A stretch of 64,000 nucleotides of DNA from an uncultured virus (IMG/VR IMGVR_UViG_3300031951_021468) (IMGVR_UViG_3300031951_021468), one strand, 5' to 3'; shown: positions 1 to 10,387, counted from the first letter of the stretch. The notes: a model not told the origin generated them from the letters alone. Translations and numbers: made by a program.

Positions 1-15
1 AACAATATTGTTAAT

Positions 16-579
16 ATGTTTACAAACGCAACTTTTTTGAAGCTTTTTTATCATGCACGACAGTTGGATAATCGCGGTTTGTACGCAGAGTCTGATAGGA
101 TAACTAACTTCCTTAAATCAGCAAACATCACTTCTGGCATGGTGCGAACGGCGGCTGTGAAGAGTGTTTATGAAGGTCGTAATTTTGATAATGAACTTTT
201 GTATTCGATCACATCTCCGAAAGGCTATGTTATTATGAAAGAGCGAGTAAACATGTTTGGCGATAATAATCCTGTGGTTATAGACAGTGCTTATACTTTA
301 GATGGCGAATATATCGGCGGGGTGGACGAAGCTAATCTTTTGATTGTCAAGAAAGGAATTGCCCCTGAGACGGCAAGTCCTGATCACAATGTGTGTTCAA
401 TTGGTTTTTGCGAAAAGGATCAAAAGTGGTATGGTTGGTCTCACCGAGCTATGAAGGGATTTGGCATTGGCGACAAGGCGGAAGTTTGTTTTCCTGAGGC
501 TGGATACAAGGGTGAGAAAATTACTAATCTTGACGAGGCCAAGCAAGCGGCGATTGAATTTGCTGAATCCGTGAGTTAG
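16..579 (+). CDS. Hypothetical phage protein with N-terminal helical tag motif
   Basis: 187-aa ORF; N-terminus ARQLDNRGLYAESDRITNFLKSA matches the motif repeated across the window; C-terminal CSIGF...KWYGWSHRA domain. Confidence 0.7.
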   Translation: MFTNATFLKLFYHARQLDNRGLYAESDRITNFLKSANITSGMVRTAAVKSVYEGRNFDNELLYSITSPKGYVIMKERVNMFGDNNPVVIDSAYTLDGEYIGGVDEANLLIVKKGIAPETASPDHNVCSIGFCEKDQKWYGWSHRAMKGFGIGDKAEVCFPEAGYKGEKITNLDEAKQAAIEFAESVS

Positions 580-626
580 TCCTATATTGCTAATTTTAAA
601 CTCATTGTGATCGTAGAAATGTCTAT

Positions 627-1076
627 ATGACAAATGTAAACGATTCAATTGCAATTAGTGTTTTGTGCTATTGCATTACTGAAGATGGTCAGTGGGTGGT
701 TCATAAGCGCGGGAAGAAATGTAAGACTCCTGATGTTTGGAATTTTCTCACTGGCAAGCTTGAGGCTGGCGAACAGCCATCGGACTGTGCTGAAAGAGAA
801 GTGTCTGAAGAGTATGGATGCTCTGTTTTGGATATGATTTCCTTAGAGCCCCATATGAGTGCGCTGGAAAACAATCGTGGCAAAAAGTATCATTTCCTCA
901 TGATTCCATATTTTGTCAGAATAAATTCAGGGGATATTAATCCAAACAAAAGAGAAGTTGCTGAATTGGCTTTTGTTGATTCTTTTGATGACATTCCCAA
1001 GCCTTATCATCCTGGTCTTTTGAATTCATTAAAGTATCACAAGGAAACGCTCATGAAGCTTCGCCGAGGACGATGA
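627..1076 (+). CDS. NUDIX hydrolase
   Basis: Nudix box GKLEAGEQPSDCAEREVSEEYG. Confidence 0.85.
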   Translation: MTNVNDSIAISVLCYCITEDGQWVVHKRGKKCKTPDVWNFLTGKLEAGEQPSDCAEREVSEEYGCSVLDMISLEPHMSALENNRGKKYHFLMIPYFVRINSGDINPNKREVAELAFVDSFDDIPKPYHPGLLNSLKYHKETLMKLRRGR

Positions 1077-1099
1077 TTATTGTATAATTAGAGAGACTT

Positions 1100-1801
1100 A
1101 TGGACTTTGCGCAAATTAGAAATTTAATACACAAAAGCAATCCCTATGATGGATTCGATTATAAATCTCGGCCTCTTGATCTTCAGGGATGGGCTCAGGA
1201 TGAAACAACAATTCCTGAGCTTGTGGCTATGGTTCAGCCAAGTCTTGTGGTTGAGGTTGGTAGCTGGAAGGGCTATAGCGCCAGTATGTTTGCCAAGGCC
1301 ATTAAGTCACTTCCTCATGCTTGTGGCTTGATTTGCGTAGACACATGGCTTGGTGCGAGAGAGTTTTATTCTACCACGGAAGAAAAAGAAGAAATGTGGT
1401 GGAGTGACATGGTTGATAAGCCAGGATTTCACACTGAGCGATATGATGCGTTAGGATTAGTAAATGGATATCCCACCGTGTATTATCAATTTTTGGCAAA
1501 CATGATGCATCTTGGGAATCAAGATGTTGTTGTTCCTTTCCCGCAAACCTCAACGTTGGCAGGGCGATGGCTTCGATCACATGGCGTTGAAGCCCAGTTG
1601 GTTTATATTGATGCGAGTCATGAATACGATGACGTTTTATCGGACATGAATATATACTGGGACATTGTTTCTCGCGGAGGAATTATGTTCGGGGATGATT
1701 ATTGGATTGATGATATTCGCCGTGCCGTGTCTGATTTTAGCATCAGTAAGCGAATTAAAATCGAGTCTAATGATAGGTTTTGGATTTTAAAGAAATTATA
1801 A
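1100..1801 (+). CDS. Class I SAM-dependent methyltransferase (Methyltransf_24-like)
   Basis: VEVGSWKGYS motif I, CVDTW, YIDASHEY, GGIMFGDDY. Confidence 0.85.
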   Translation: MDFAQIRNLIHKSNPYDGFDYKSRPLDLQGWAQDETTIPELVAMVQPSLVVEVGSWKGYSASMFAKAIKSLPHACGLICVDTWLGAREFYSTTEEKEEMWWSDMVDKPGFHTERYDALGLVNGYPTVYYQFLANMMHLGNQDVVVPFPQTSTLAGRWLRSHGVEAQLVYIDASHEYDDVLSDMNIYWDIVSRGGIMFGDDYWIDDIRRAVSDFSISKRIKIESNDRFWILKKL

Positions 1802-2043
1802 TGTCACATTTGCACATTTGTAATATTCGAAGGGGTGATATTGTTTGGTTTGGTGAAATCAAATTAGAAGCATTATCTGACCCGCAAAGAGTTATGTCAT
1901 TTGGTGATGAACAACCCATCGGATGGTCAGTTGAGTTTTTAGATAATCGGGGAGAAAGAGTAACATTTTTCGATTCTAATCTTTACACATCTTCTAACTT
2001 AGTTTTTAAAAAGGACAACATCAATGAAAGAAGTAAATTTTGA
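1801..2043 (+). CDS. Hypothetical protein, similar to the N-terminal extension of the Pth2 gene
   Basis: ATG overlaps the upstream stop; IRRGDIVWF...GWSV resembles LKQGDIVWE...GWHV at 2292. Confidence 0.6.
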   Translation: MSHLHICNIRRGDIVWFGEIKLEALSDPQRVMSFGDEQPIGWSVEFLDNRGERVTFFDSNLYTSSNLVFKKDNINERSKF

Positions 2044-2287
2044 TTTCACCGTTTGGGTTAAAAAGGGCGAAATGCTTGTGCAGAGAATGACTTTGCCGCC
2101 TTCTGATCCCGATTCTTTGTTTTCTTTATGGCGCAACAAGTTTGGTTTTGACATGCCAAGTGAGGTTGTTGATCAGATATGGGGACCCGATCAGGTGAGT
2201 TATGATGACATCCGCGAGGCGGAAGAAACTTTGAGTTTAATTGATGAAAAAGAACTTTTAGCCATGGGAGCCTTCATCACGGATTAA
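2024..2287 (+). CDS. Hypothetical protein
   Basis: ORF within a co-oriented gene run, AAGGA upstream. Confidence 0.55.
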   Translation: MKEVNFDFTVWVKKGEMLVQRMTLPPSDPDSLFSLWRNKFGFDMPSEVVDQIWGPDQVSYDDIREAEETLSLIDEKELLAMGAFITD

Positions 2288-2291
2288 AATT

Positions 2292-2972
2292 ATGTTAAAA
2301 ATATCAGAACTCAAGCAGGGCGATATTGTGTGGGAGTGTGATCGTGGTCAAAATTTACGACTTGAAATTCAATCCCAGCCCCAGTACGTCACCAGACTTC
2401 ATGGCGCACATGCGCTTGGCTGGCATGTTGTTGCTAAAACTGACGATGGCGCTTTAGTTGATTTGTTTACAGATGACGAAACTTCATGTTATGGCCCCAA
2501 GCTTTATCGCGAGCCCATGTATATCTCTCGATCAAAAAACAACACAGAAAATACAATCGTCCCGAGGGTGTCGGCAGAATCGCAAGATAAAGTTAAACAA
2601 GTCATTATTATGAGAACCAAGTATCCTGACGGCAAGGGCGGGACAAGAAAGTTGCGTTCTGGTAAAATGATCGCCCAAGGCGCACATGCCAGCATGGCGT
2701 TTATGATTGAAATAATCAACGGAGTGGCGTTAACACAGGAAGAAAAAGATTGGATTGATGATAAGTTTACTAAAATTTGTCTTTACGTCGAGTCCGAAGA
2801 AGAGTTATTACAGCTTTATGATCGGGCAAGAGCCATCGGCTTGACATCAAGTCTAATTCAAGACGCTGGTGATACAGAATTTGGTGGTGTGCCAACATAT
2901 ACTGCCTTGGCGATTGGTCCACATCATTCATCCAAAATTGATCCCCTAACAAAACATTTACCACTTCTATGA
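2292..2972 (+). CDS. pth2: Peptidyl-tRNA hydrolase, Pth2 (archaeal/eukaryotic) type, with N-terminal extra domain
   Basis: KQVIIMRT, GKMIAQGAHAS, TKICL, IQDAGDTEF, TALAIGP, IDPLTKHLPLL. Confidence 0.9.
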   Translation: MLKISELKQGDIVWECDRGQNLRLEIQSQPQYVTRLHGAHALGWHVVAKTDDGALVDLFTDDETSCYGPKLYREPMYISRSKNNTENTIVPRVSAESQDKVKQVIIMRTKYPDGKGGTRKLRSGKMIAQGAHASMAFMIEIINGVALTQEEKDWIDDKFTKICLYVESEEELLQLYDRARAIGLTSSLIQDAGDTEFGGVPTYTALAIGPHHSSKIDPLTKHLPLL

Positions 2973-3136
2973 ACACAACCATTATTTATTTACTACGACT
3001 TGTTGCTTTCGTTGCTATATTTGCTGCGATCATAACAACTGTAATTATTGAATCTTCTGGCGCAGCGTTATTATTTATTATTTTCATTTATTGGATTGTT
3101 GATGCGATTAACACTTTACTCCCCATTAGAGAGTGA
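2969..3136 (+). CDS. Small membrane protein (55 aa, not in the ORF track)
   Basis: My translation MNTTIIYLLRLVAFVAIFAAIITTVIIESSGAALLFIIFIYWIVDAINTLLPIRE; ATGA overlap with pth2 and fills the gap to def. Confidence 0.5.
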   Translation: MNTTIIYLLRLVAFVAIFAAIITTVIIESSGAALLFIIFIYWIVDAINTLLPIRE

Positions 3137-3141
3137 TTTTC

Positions 3142-3669
3142 ATGGAAGACTTTGATATTGTCATTCCTGATGAATTTAAAAAGCTCTACAAAGAGTCAGG
3201 GCCGATTATTAAAGTTCCGCACCAAATTTTGCGACAAAAAACCAGTCCTGTGATTAAATTTGGACACAAGTTAAAACAAACCATAAAGGTAATGAAAAAA
3301 ACAATGGAAGATCATCGTGGCTTGGGTCTAGCTGCTCCACAAGTCGGAATTGGCAAACAAATATGTTTAGCTTACACTCCCTGGGATGGTTCTGAGGTTT
3401 TGATTAATCCTTTAATAACGGCTTATTCTGATGAAGTTATTGAGGCAGAGGAGGGATGTTTATCTATTCCAGGCTTAATCGGCGTTGTGAGTCGTTCTGC
3501 GACGATTGTGGTTCGCTATCAGGATGTGAACGGGGTGAATTTTACAAAAGCATTTGATGGATTGTCGGCAGTAGTGATTCAGCATGAAGTAGATCATTTG
3601 AATGGAATTTTATTTACTGATCGTGTGATTCCTGAAACTATATACTGGGAATCAAAAAAGAATGTATAA
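3142..3669 (+). CDS. def: Peptide deformylase
   Basis: All three motifs present: GLGLAAPQVG, EGCLS, QHEVDHLNG. Confidence 0.95.
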   Translation: MEDFDIVIPDEFKKLYKESGPIIKVPHQILRQKTSPVIKFGHKLKQTIKVMKKTMEDHRGLGLAAPQVGIGKQICLAYTPWDGSEVLINPLITAYSDEVIEAEEGCLSIPGLIGVVSRSATIVVRYQDVNGVNFTKAFDGLSAVVIQHEVDHLNGILFTDRVIPETIYWESKKNV

Positions 3670-3680
3670 TATTTAATGCT

Positions 3681-3878
3681 ATGAAACATTGGCTTTTCGC
3701 GATCATTTTAACGATCTTGTTGCCCTCTTTAGTATTTTGGATGTTTCCAGGGGTTATGCAGCTTGCTGCAATGATTTGCTTAGTCGTCTGTATGCTTTTT
3801 ATGATGGTGATCGTTGCTGGTCATTTTATGCTTTGTTTTGAGGACAAAGAATACACCCAAAAGAATAAAGACCAATAG
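3681..3878 (+). CDS. Small two-TM membrane protein
   Basis: Two hydrophobic stretches; TGTATAAT just upstream. Confidence 0.55.
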   Translation: MKHWLFAIILTILLPSLVFWMFPGVMQLAAMICLVVCMLFMMVIVAGHFMLCFEDKEYTQKNKDQ

Positions 3879-3944
3879 TCTCATCCAGCAACAATCGCTG
3901 TTTTAATCTCGTATTATAGTTATTCTGAAAGGAGATAATGATAA

Positions 3945-5240
3945 ATGAGTTATAAGGCTATTGTTTCTAGAATCCATACTAGGCCCCTGCCTGGTTCCGA
4001 TAACATTGTGTTGGGGACTTGCCAGGGTTATCAGGTGATTGTTGGAAAGAACATTGAAGACGGTCAGCTTGGCGTGTTTTTTGAGGCTGGGGGACAGCTT
4101 TCTGAAGGTTTCGCTTCGGCGAACGACTTGGTTCGCCGAAAGGACGCTGATGGTAAGCCCGCGGGCGGTTATTTCGAGCCGCATCGTCGTGTGAAGGCCG
4201 TGAAGATGCGTGGAGCGAAGTCTGAGGGCTATTGGTGCCCGCTAGACAGCCTTGCTTACACGGGTGCTAATTTGGAAAACCTCACCGAAGGGTTTGAATT
4301 TAGCGATCTTAATGGACATCCTATCTGCAACAAGTATTTCACGCCTGAAACGCTTCGTGCCCAGGCCGCGAACAGCAAGAAGAGCCAGAAGGAAAACATT
4401 ATGTTTGCTAAGCATATTGATACCACTCCGTTTAAGAGAGGCATGAATATGATTCCTGAGGGCGCGGTGATTTACATTTCTGAAAAGCTTCATGGGACTT
4501 CTTTTAGATATTCTCATGTTCTCGAAGAAAGTGAAATCGAATATCGAGGATTGATGAAGTTTGTTGCCAAGTGGCTCAATCTTCCTACGACTCGACGAGA
4601 ATGGGTGTATCTCAATGGAAGCCGAAACGTTGTTCTTGAGAAGCGGGCTCCTGGAGCAGAGGGTTATTACGGCAAGGAAGATTTCCGTCGTCATGCCACT
4701 AGTGGAATTGCTCTTCACAAGGGTGAGGTAATTTACGGTGAGCTTGTTGGCTATACGGAAACTGGGGCTCCGATCATGTCTCCTCAGTCCACTTCTGGAT
4801 TGAACGACAAGGCTGTGAAGAGTCGCTTTGGAGACACGATTACGTATCGCTATGGTGCGGAAGATGGACAGTGCAAGACTTACATTTACCGTATCACTCG
4901 GGTGAACGAAGATGGTCACGCAGTGGACCTTTCGTGGCCGCAGATGGTGAATCGTTGCCGCGAGCTTGGACTTACTCCTGTGCCTTTGATTGAGTCGTTT
5001 ATCTTCGATGGCGATTATGAAAAGCTGGCTGAGCGCGTTTCTGTCCTTACAGACGGAGAAAGCGGCATGGATGCGTTGCCTTCTCGATTGGATACTTCGC
5101 ACATCCAGGAAGGTGTAGTGATTCGTTACGAAAGCGAGCATGGCACTGATTGGTTAAAGTCCAAGTCAATCACTTTTGGTTTGCTAGAAGGCTATCTAAA
5201 GGATTCTGATAGCTACGTAGACGCTGAAGAGATTGCTTAA
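3945..5240 (+). CDS. ATP-dependent RNA ligase, DRB0094/Rnl5-like, with N-terminal OB-like domain
   Basis: Motif I EKLHGTS, motif III YGELVG, motif IV EGVVIR, motif V LKSKS; SD-like AGGAGA. Confidence 0.85.
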   Translation: MSYKAIVSRIHTRPLPGSDNIVLGTCQGYQVIVGKNIEDGQLGVFFEAGGQLSEGFASANDLVRRKDADGKPAGGYFEPHRRVKAVKMRGAKSEGYWCPLDSLAYTGANLENLTEGFEFSDLNGHPICNKYFTPETLRAQAANSKKSQKENIMFAKHIDTTPFKRGMNMIPEGAVIYISEKLHGTSFRYSHVLEESEIEYRGLMKFVAKWLNLPTTRREWVYLNGSRNVVLEKRAPGAEGYYGKEDFRRHATSGIALHKGEVIYGELVGYTETGAPIMSPQSTSGLNDKAVKSRFGDTITYRYGAEDGQCKTYIYRITRVNEDGHAVDLSWPQMVNRCRELGLTPVPLIESFIFDGDYEKLAERVSVLTDGESGMDALPSRLDTSHIQEGVVIRYESEHGTDWLKSKSITFGLLEGYLKDSDSYVDAEEIA

Positions 5241-5279
5241 TTCAAATGGCCGAGAATTAATCTCGGCCATTTGAATTTT
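5239..5279 (+). terminator. Intrinsic terminator
   Basis: 17-bp perfect inverted repeat AATTCAAATGGCCGAGA/TCTCGGCCATTTGAATT ending in a T run, right after the ligase stop. Confidence 0.8.
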
Positions 5280-5316
5280 AAAGGGCTATGATTTTCGATC
5301 ATGGAATTTATTGGCT

Positions 5317-5679
5317 ATGAGCAAGTTTATTCGCCGCGTTGCAATCAGCCCCGATTTGGCAAAGACATTTAATGATCTTGACCGAACCGTGGAAACGTTG
5401 GATTCTGACGTAGCTCGCGGGGAAAATTACGGTGATGCATACCAGCGAAGAGATATTCCGTCACAACTTTATAATGCTTCGCAGAATCGCGAGCGATTGT
5501 TAAATGAATTTGAATCTGACTTCCCCGATCATGTCAGGCTCTTAAAATACACTCATTTATTTGATGTCATTTTAAAATCGGGGACAAGGAGAATATGGAT
5601 GTGTTATCAAATGTCCAGCTTGTATCCTGATCCAAATTTGGATTTTGTTGAAAAAATTCATCAAATTGTTTCAGGCTAA
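5317..5679 (+). CDS. Hypothetical protein
   Basis: ORF; ATG start chosen at 5317. Confidence 0.6.
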   Translation: MSKFIRRVAISPDLAKTFNDLDRTVETLDSDVARGENYGDAYQRRDIPSQLYNASQNRERLLNEFESDFPDHVRLLKYTHLFDVILKSGTRRIWMCYQMSSLYPDPNLDFVEKIHQIVSG

Positions 5680-5711
5680 CTTTTCTGTCATTCTTTTCGT
5701 AGAAGAATTAA

Positions 5712-6386
5712 ATGAAAGAAGGCTTGCGAGTTAAAAAAGGCGGAAAAGTCGATTACATCCGATGGGATATGAAGAAAAAGAGCCCTGGTTACGTTGTAAC
5801 TGATGTAACGGATCAGGCACACAGATATTTATTTGAGCCTGTCACATTTGATGATGATGTTACGCTTCGTGATTTGTTTTTGATTATAAATAGAAACATT
5901 AATTTTTACAATGATCTTTTAAGGAATTGGTGTGCAGAAATTGTCGCAGAAGGTTTGAGCGAGCGTGAAAAATCCAAGTGTAATGAAGACATCGAATATC
6001 TTGAGCTTTATTGGCAGCTTGAAAAAGACCAAGATGCAGACGGGATTAGTTTAAGCGGATATATTTTCCCCGATTTTCACGGATGGGGAGATTGGGATGA
6101 TAGTACAAAAGGGGGCATTTCGCTTGGCTTGACTCCTGTTTATGAGTTTGTTGACGTGCCGATTAGGCTTAGGTCGCACTTAACATTAATTGAGCCTTGC
6201 ACCACAGGCATTCCGCCTGAAGTGAACGAATTCAAGGACGCAACGTATGCACTTGGTCAAGTGCTCCATGGTATCATATGGGAATTGTCATTTTATGGCG
6301 GGCCTAAGCAAAGATGCGAAATGCGAAAAGAGCTTATTGACCAAGTTGAAGAAATCAAACAAAGGAATTCTAATGAAAACGCTTAA
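5712..6386 (+). CDS. Hypothetical phage protein
   Basis: 224-aa ORF; CGTAGAA box 7 nt upstream. Confidence 0.7.
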   Translation: MKEGLRVKKGGKVDYIRWDMKKKSPGYVVTDVTDQAHRYLFEPVTFDDDVTLRDLFLIINRNINFYNDLLRNWCAEIVAEGLSEREKSKCNEDIEYLELYWQLEKDQDADGISLSGYIFPDFHGWGDWDDSTKGGISLGLTPVYEFVDVPIRLRSHLTLIEPCTTGIPPEVNEFKDATYALGQVLHGIIWELSFYGGPKQRCEMRKELIDQVEEIKQRNSNENA

Positions 6387-7131
6387 ATTAGTCACTATTA
6401 CTGGGGCGGACGACCGCACAAATTCGCGAGATTTATATAAGATTTCTCAGCAATTTCCATTTGTTGAGTGGGGTGTTTTGGTGTCAAGAACAAAAACTGG
6501 GCTTGATTCCCGATATCCAAGTCTAAAATGGTTGTCAGAGTTTTCAATATATGAAATCAACAAATCTGTTCATCTTTGCGGTAATCTTGCGCAAAGAATG
6601 TTTAAAAATTCACCCGAGCACACTTTCGCCGCAGTTCATGAATTATTTCAGAATTTCCAAAGAATACAATTAAATGTTTCTCCTTATCTGTCGAATTTTG
6701 AACCTGAGTCATTTACTAAAATCACACGGGAATCTTCAAAATGGGGTATTCAAACTATCATTCAAACAAAATCATTTAATCACGCGGCTTTGCAGACTGG
6801 ATTGCAAGAATGCTGTCGTTCATGTGATAATGAACAGATTAACGAAAAGCCCTGGATTACTGCGCTCCATGACGCCTCAGGCGGCAGGGGTATATCTGGG
6901 ACATTTTCATCACCACCTGCGGGCTGGCTGTATCCTGGGTTTGCAGGGGGAATAACACCAGAAAACGTTGTTGAAAAAGTTGAGGAAGTTTATCAATTAG
7001 ACGCAGATTTTAATGACTTTTGGATTGACATGGAAACTGGAGTAAGAACGAATGATGTTCTTGATTTAGATAAAGTTGTAGAAGTCCTGAATTCAATGAA
7101 AAGGTTTGTTAATAAGCCTCATGGGAGTTAA
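6373..7131 (+). CDS. Phosphoribosylanthranilate isomerase-like (TrpF-like) TIM-barrel protein of phages
   Basis: VTITGADD, VEWGVL, HLCG, LHDASGGRG, GFAGGITPENV, WIDMETGVRT; likely start MKTLK with AAGGA upstream. Confidence 0.7.
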   Translation: MKTLKLVTITGADDRTNSRDLYKISQQFPFVEWGVLVSRTKTGLDSRYPSLKWLSEFSIYEINKSVHLCGNLAQRMFKNSPEHTFAAVHELFQNFQRIQLNVSPYLSNFEPESFTKITRESSKWGIQTIIQTKSFNHAALQTGLQECCRSCDNEQINEKPWITALHDASGGRGISGTFSSPPAGWLYPGFAGGITPENVVEKVEEVYQLDADFNDFWIDMETGVRTNDVLDLDKVVEVLNSMKRFVNKPHGS

Positions 7132-7471
7132 TTTTTACACAAAATCGGGGCTGCTTGTTGCACACAATTATGTAAGAATTGTGCATGGTGATCGGGGCTC
7201 ATATTTGGAGTTTGAACCCGAGCACATTTGTCACGATCATATATCTATCCCCAAGGATCAGGAATGGCGATTAGAGGACAAGTGGAAAAACGAAGTTTTT
7301 TACGATGAATACAGAACCGTAGATGCCTCTAATGTGAAATTGTATTTTCAAAGAAAGTACGTTGGCTATGCAGATTATAATTTGGGAATGTACTATATTT
7401 CTCTGCATGATTTATATACAGACGATCAGGGTGCAAATCCAGCTTCAATTTCCCTGCCCTCGGGGGCATAA
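7121..7471 (+). CDS. Hypothetical protein
   Basis: ORF overlapping the upstream stop; YVRIVHGDRGSYLEF. Confidence 0.6.
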   Translation: MGVNFYTKSGLLVAHNYVRIVHGDRGSYLEFEPEHICHDHISIPKDQEWRLEDKWKNEVFYDEYRTVDASNVKLYFQRKYVGYADYNLGMYYISLHDLYTDDQGANPASISLPSGA

Positions 7472-7522
7472 AAATAACTTAGTTTACAAGGTTTTTAATA
7501 TTTTTTGAAGTAAAATATACTT

Positions 7523-10270
7523 GTGTGGTATTGTTCTGCTAAAAACATAAAAGTGGCAGGGGCTGATAATGTTCTTCAGGGGCGTATCGCGCCTTTGGAA
7601 ACGGTGAAAGAAACTCTTGCTCCATATCAATATGTAGGGCGAATAGAGTTTTTACCATCACATGATTCAATTATTCATTATTTTAAAAACGAAGTATCTA
7701 AAAAACTAAGGCAATGGCGATCAGAATTAGCAGAGAGTGATGCACTTGGTGTAAGAAACACAATTACGCATGAACTATACGCTTGTGTAAATTTTTTGAA
7801 ATATTGCATAATATTATACGAATCCAACCCCAAATATGCACATTTAAGGTTTTCATTATACGCTGAATTGGTTCCGCTTTCCAGCCTCTTGTCGGAGTTA
7901 GATCAATATTACAAGCCGTACTCAAACCCAATGATTAGCTATGATACAGACGACTCTTACTGGCTATCTAACTTTTTAAGCGGCGGCTATAATAACATTC
8001 TGAACCTTGAGAAACTCGGGTTATTTTTGTCTCCCAAAGTAAAATTTGCTATTATGTCAGGAATGGACTGGAAAGCAAAGCCTGAGTTAAAAAATGACCC
8101 TCAAAGAGAAAATATTGTTAATTATATTTCTGAAAAATACCCATTTTACCGAAGATTTCTAATCGTAAATGGCGATGACACTGGCGTGCAAGAAGCTTGT
8201 CAAAAATTAGTAAATCCAGACGAAGAATTCATTAAAGAATTAATCGATTCTTTGCACCCTTTTGAAAAAATAAATGCTGTATGGAATAATCGAGATGTTT
8301 GTTCTGATATGATCACAACTATTTTTACATGTGGGCTTCCGACAAAAGATCATCTGAGATATGCAAAAATTGTTGCAGAAACAAAGACTAATGATCCGAG
8401 AGACGAGCAAGATAAATTATTTGCGATAGAAGAGGCCGTTAAAAGTGTAAACAACACCAAAATTTCAGATAATATTGATTTTGTTTTAGATGATGCGTTC
8501 CCAAATATTGACGACGATCAAGCCAAACAAGTTTTAAAACAGCTTATTGGCAAAATGACATGGCATAATCCTGGCCAAAACATTAAATATGAAGAAGCCG
8601 AAAAAATCAAAAACAATCCGATTGTAAAAAAAATATTTGATGATTTATGGGAGAAATATAAAGACAACCCTGACGGTATCGTACATGAATTTTTAGTTAA
8701 AATTGGTTATGCGCCTTTGGAAAGCATAATTGAATTTGTCAAAGATTATCCCCGAACAATAGACTATATTATGGTTTCGGATGAAATTTATTCCAAAATT
8801 GAAGATGCCACAAAAAAACATCGAGAGGAACAAGAAAGAAATGCCTTAGAAGAAGCCAGCCGAGCATTAAATGAGAGAGAGAAAAAAGCAAAAGAAGAAG
8901 CCAATGCATCATTGATGCAGAGGCACATCAATAAGGGGTCGATTGTGCATGAGCCCCTATCAGAGGCCGCGAACGGGAAATATTTAGACATGGCTCTGAA
9001 AATTGGAGAGTCACTAAGATTAGACCCCGATATTGTGCGGCGTTGGGCTAACTTTATCCAAGTGTATACGGTCACTAATTCTGATTTTGAAAATGAACTT
9101 CAAGAAACAAAATCCTTGAAGTACGATAATCTTAATGATTTGAATTTTCTTGGTGTTTTTATTCCATCTTTTAATAAAGATGAAAACGTAAACAAGCGCA
9201 TACCTGCCATTTTTGTTCGCCAGGATCGAATTAATTCTCAGTACAAAGACATGCCCATACTAAAAATACTTAACATATCTAGTGATGAAGTTATGGACGC
9301 AATTGTTTCGCACGAGATAGCTCATGCGCTAAATTATCTTGCCACAGGCGGAGAATTTGTTCGAGAAAACCCTGAGTACCAAAGTAAGAACAGATCAAGG
9401 CAATATTTAACATCTTACACTGAAATTTTGGCGCGTGTCTATGGTGAAATGCCAAAATGGCGAAGTGTTCTTACGCAACAAATTGAGCGACTGCGCGACA
9501 CTGAAATTGTTAAAGAGGCTGTTTTAGAGGAAATAACAGAACAGTTTATGATGCATGAATCTTACGCCGCGATGGGCGGTATTCATCCAATTAATGAATA
9601 CAAAAAACTCAATGACGGACAATATCCATATAATTATGCTGAAAATCCCATCGAAGCCGCGAATAAAAGGGTGGAGCGAGCTAAGCAGAAAGTAATGTCT
9701 CACCTTATGGAATCAGCTCGTCAACGCCGAAGAGAAGTTCTTCTTGACATCATTAAAAAAATCAAGTATTACGAAGAGCAATTAAGAATTGTAGAGCAAA
9801 TTGATTCAGAAGACGGGGACAACAGTAAAGAAAACCATCAAGATGAGTTAAAGAAACTTAAGGCAATGAAATTTAAAGCACTTAACGGTGGGTATGACTT
9901 TGAAATAGACAGTTCTATTCAGTCGGTCATTATGAATTTTATCACGAGAGAACTTAAAAATATGTCTTATGTTGTGGCTGATCACAACTGGAAACCGCCC
10001 GCAACATTAACCACAAAAGATGGCGAAGAGATACCACAGGTTTATGCGCCAACCGCAGAGCCATTAAATTATCAAGAGCTACAGCACATTTCAAATGCCG
10101 ATTTTAATTGGTCGCAAGGGCCACAAGGCGGAAGAACTCTAGAAGAGCCTAAAAACATGGAATTAGATTTTCCGACAAAAAGACCAGGATATGATGCTAT
10201 TTTTAGAGATGAAACTGAACCATTTTATCAAGCAAGGATGAGTTTTAATTTTAAAAAATGGAAAAAGTAA
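7523..10270 (+). CDS. Large MWY-tagged protein with HExxH zincin-like metallopeptidase motif
   Basis: Starts MWYCSAK; VSHEIAHAL followed by EILARVY (possible third Zn ligand). Confidence 0.65.
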   Translation: MWYCSAKNIKVAGADNVLQGRIAPLETVKETLAPYQYVGRIEFLPSHDSIIHYFKNEVSKKLRQWRSELAESDALGVRNTITHELYACVNFLKYCIILYESNPKYAHLRFSLYAELVPLSSLLSELDQYYKPYSNPMISYDTDDSYWLSNFLSGGYNNILNLEKLGLFLSPKVKFAIMSGMDWKAKPELKNDPQRENIVNYISEKYPFYRRFLIVNGDDTGVQEACQKLVNPDEEFIKELIDSLHPFEKINAVWNNRDVCSDMITTIFTCGLPTKDHLRYAKIVAETKTNDPRDEQDKLFAIEEAVKSVNNTKISDNIDFVLDDAFPNIDDDQAKQVLKQLIGKMTWHNPGQNIKYEEAEKIKNNPIVKKIFDDLWEKYKDNPDGIVHEFLVKIGYAPLESIIEFVKDYPRTIDYIMVSDEIYSKIEDATKKHREEQERNALEEASRALNEREKKAKEEANASLMQRHINKGSIVHEPLSEAANGKYLDMALKIGESLRLDPDIVRRWANFIQVYTVTNSDFENELQETKSLKYDNLNDLNFLGVFIPSFNKDENVNKRIPAIFVRQDRINSQYKDMPILKILNISSDEVMDAIVSHEIAHALNYLATGGEFVRENPEYQSKNRSRQYLTSYTEILARVYGEMPKWRSVLTQQIERLRDTEIVKEAVLEEITEQFMMHESYAAMGGIHPINEYKKLNDGQYPYNYAENPIEAANKRVERAKQKVMSHLMESARQRRREVLLDIIKKIKYYEEQLRIVEQIDSEDGDNSKENHQDELKKLKAMKFKALNGGYDFEIDSSIQSVIMNFITRELKNMSYVVADHNWKPPATLTTKDGEEIPQVYAPTAEPLNYQELQHISNADFNWSQGPQGGRTLEEPKNMELDFPTKRPGYDAIFRDETEPFYQARMSFNFKKWKK

Positions 10271-10311
10271 ATCATATGCTAATTTTTGTGTAACACAAAG
10301 CGTATAACAAA

Positions 10312-10387
10312 TGCGGGGTGGTGAAGAGGTATCATGCCAGGTTCATACCCTGGAGTCTCGATGGGTTCGAATCCCTCCCCCGCACCA
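10312..10387 (+). tRNA. tRNA-Met(CAT), acceptor stem resembles initiator tRNA
   Basis: GCGGGG/CCCCGC acceptor, CCAGG-TTCATAC-CCTGG anticodon arm, TTCGAAT T loop, encoded CCA. Confidence 0.85.

Noticed and set aside
4242..5141. 299-aa antisense ORF
   Set aside because: Lies wholly opposite the RNA ligase and has no motifs; a shadow of codon bias.
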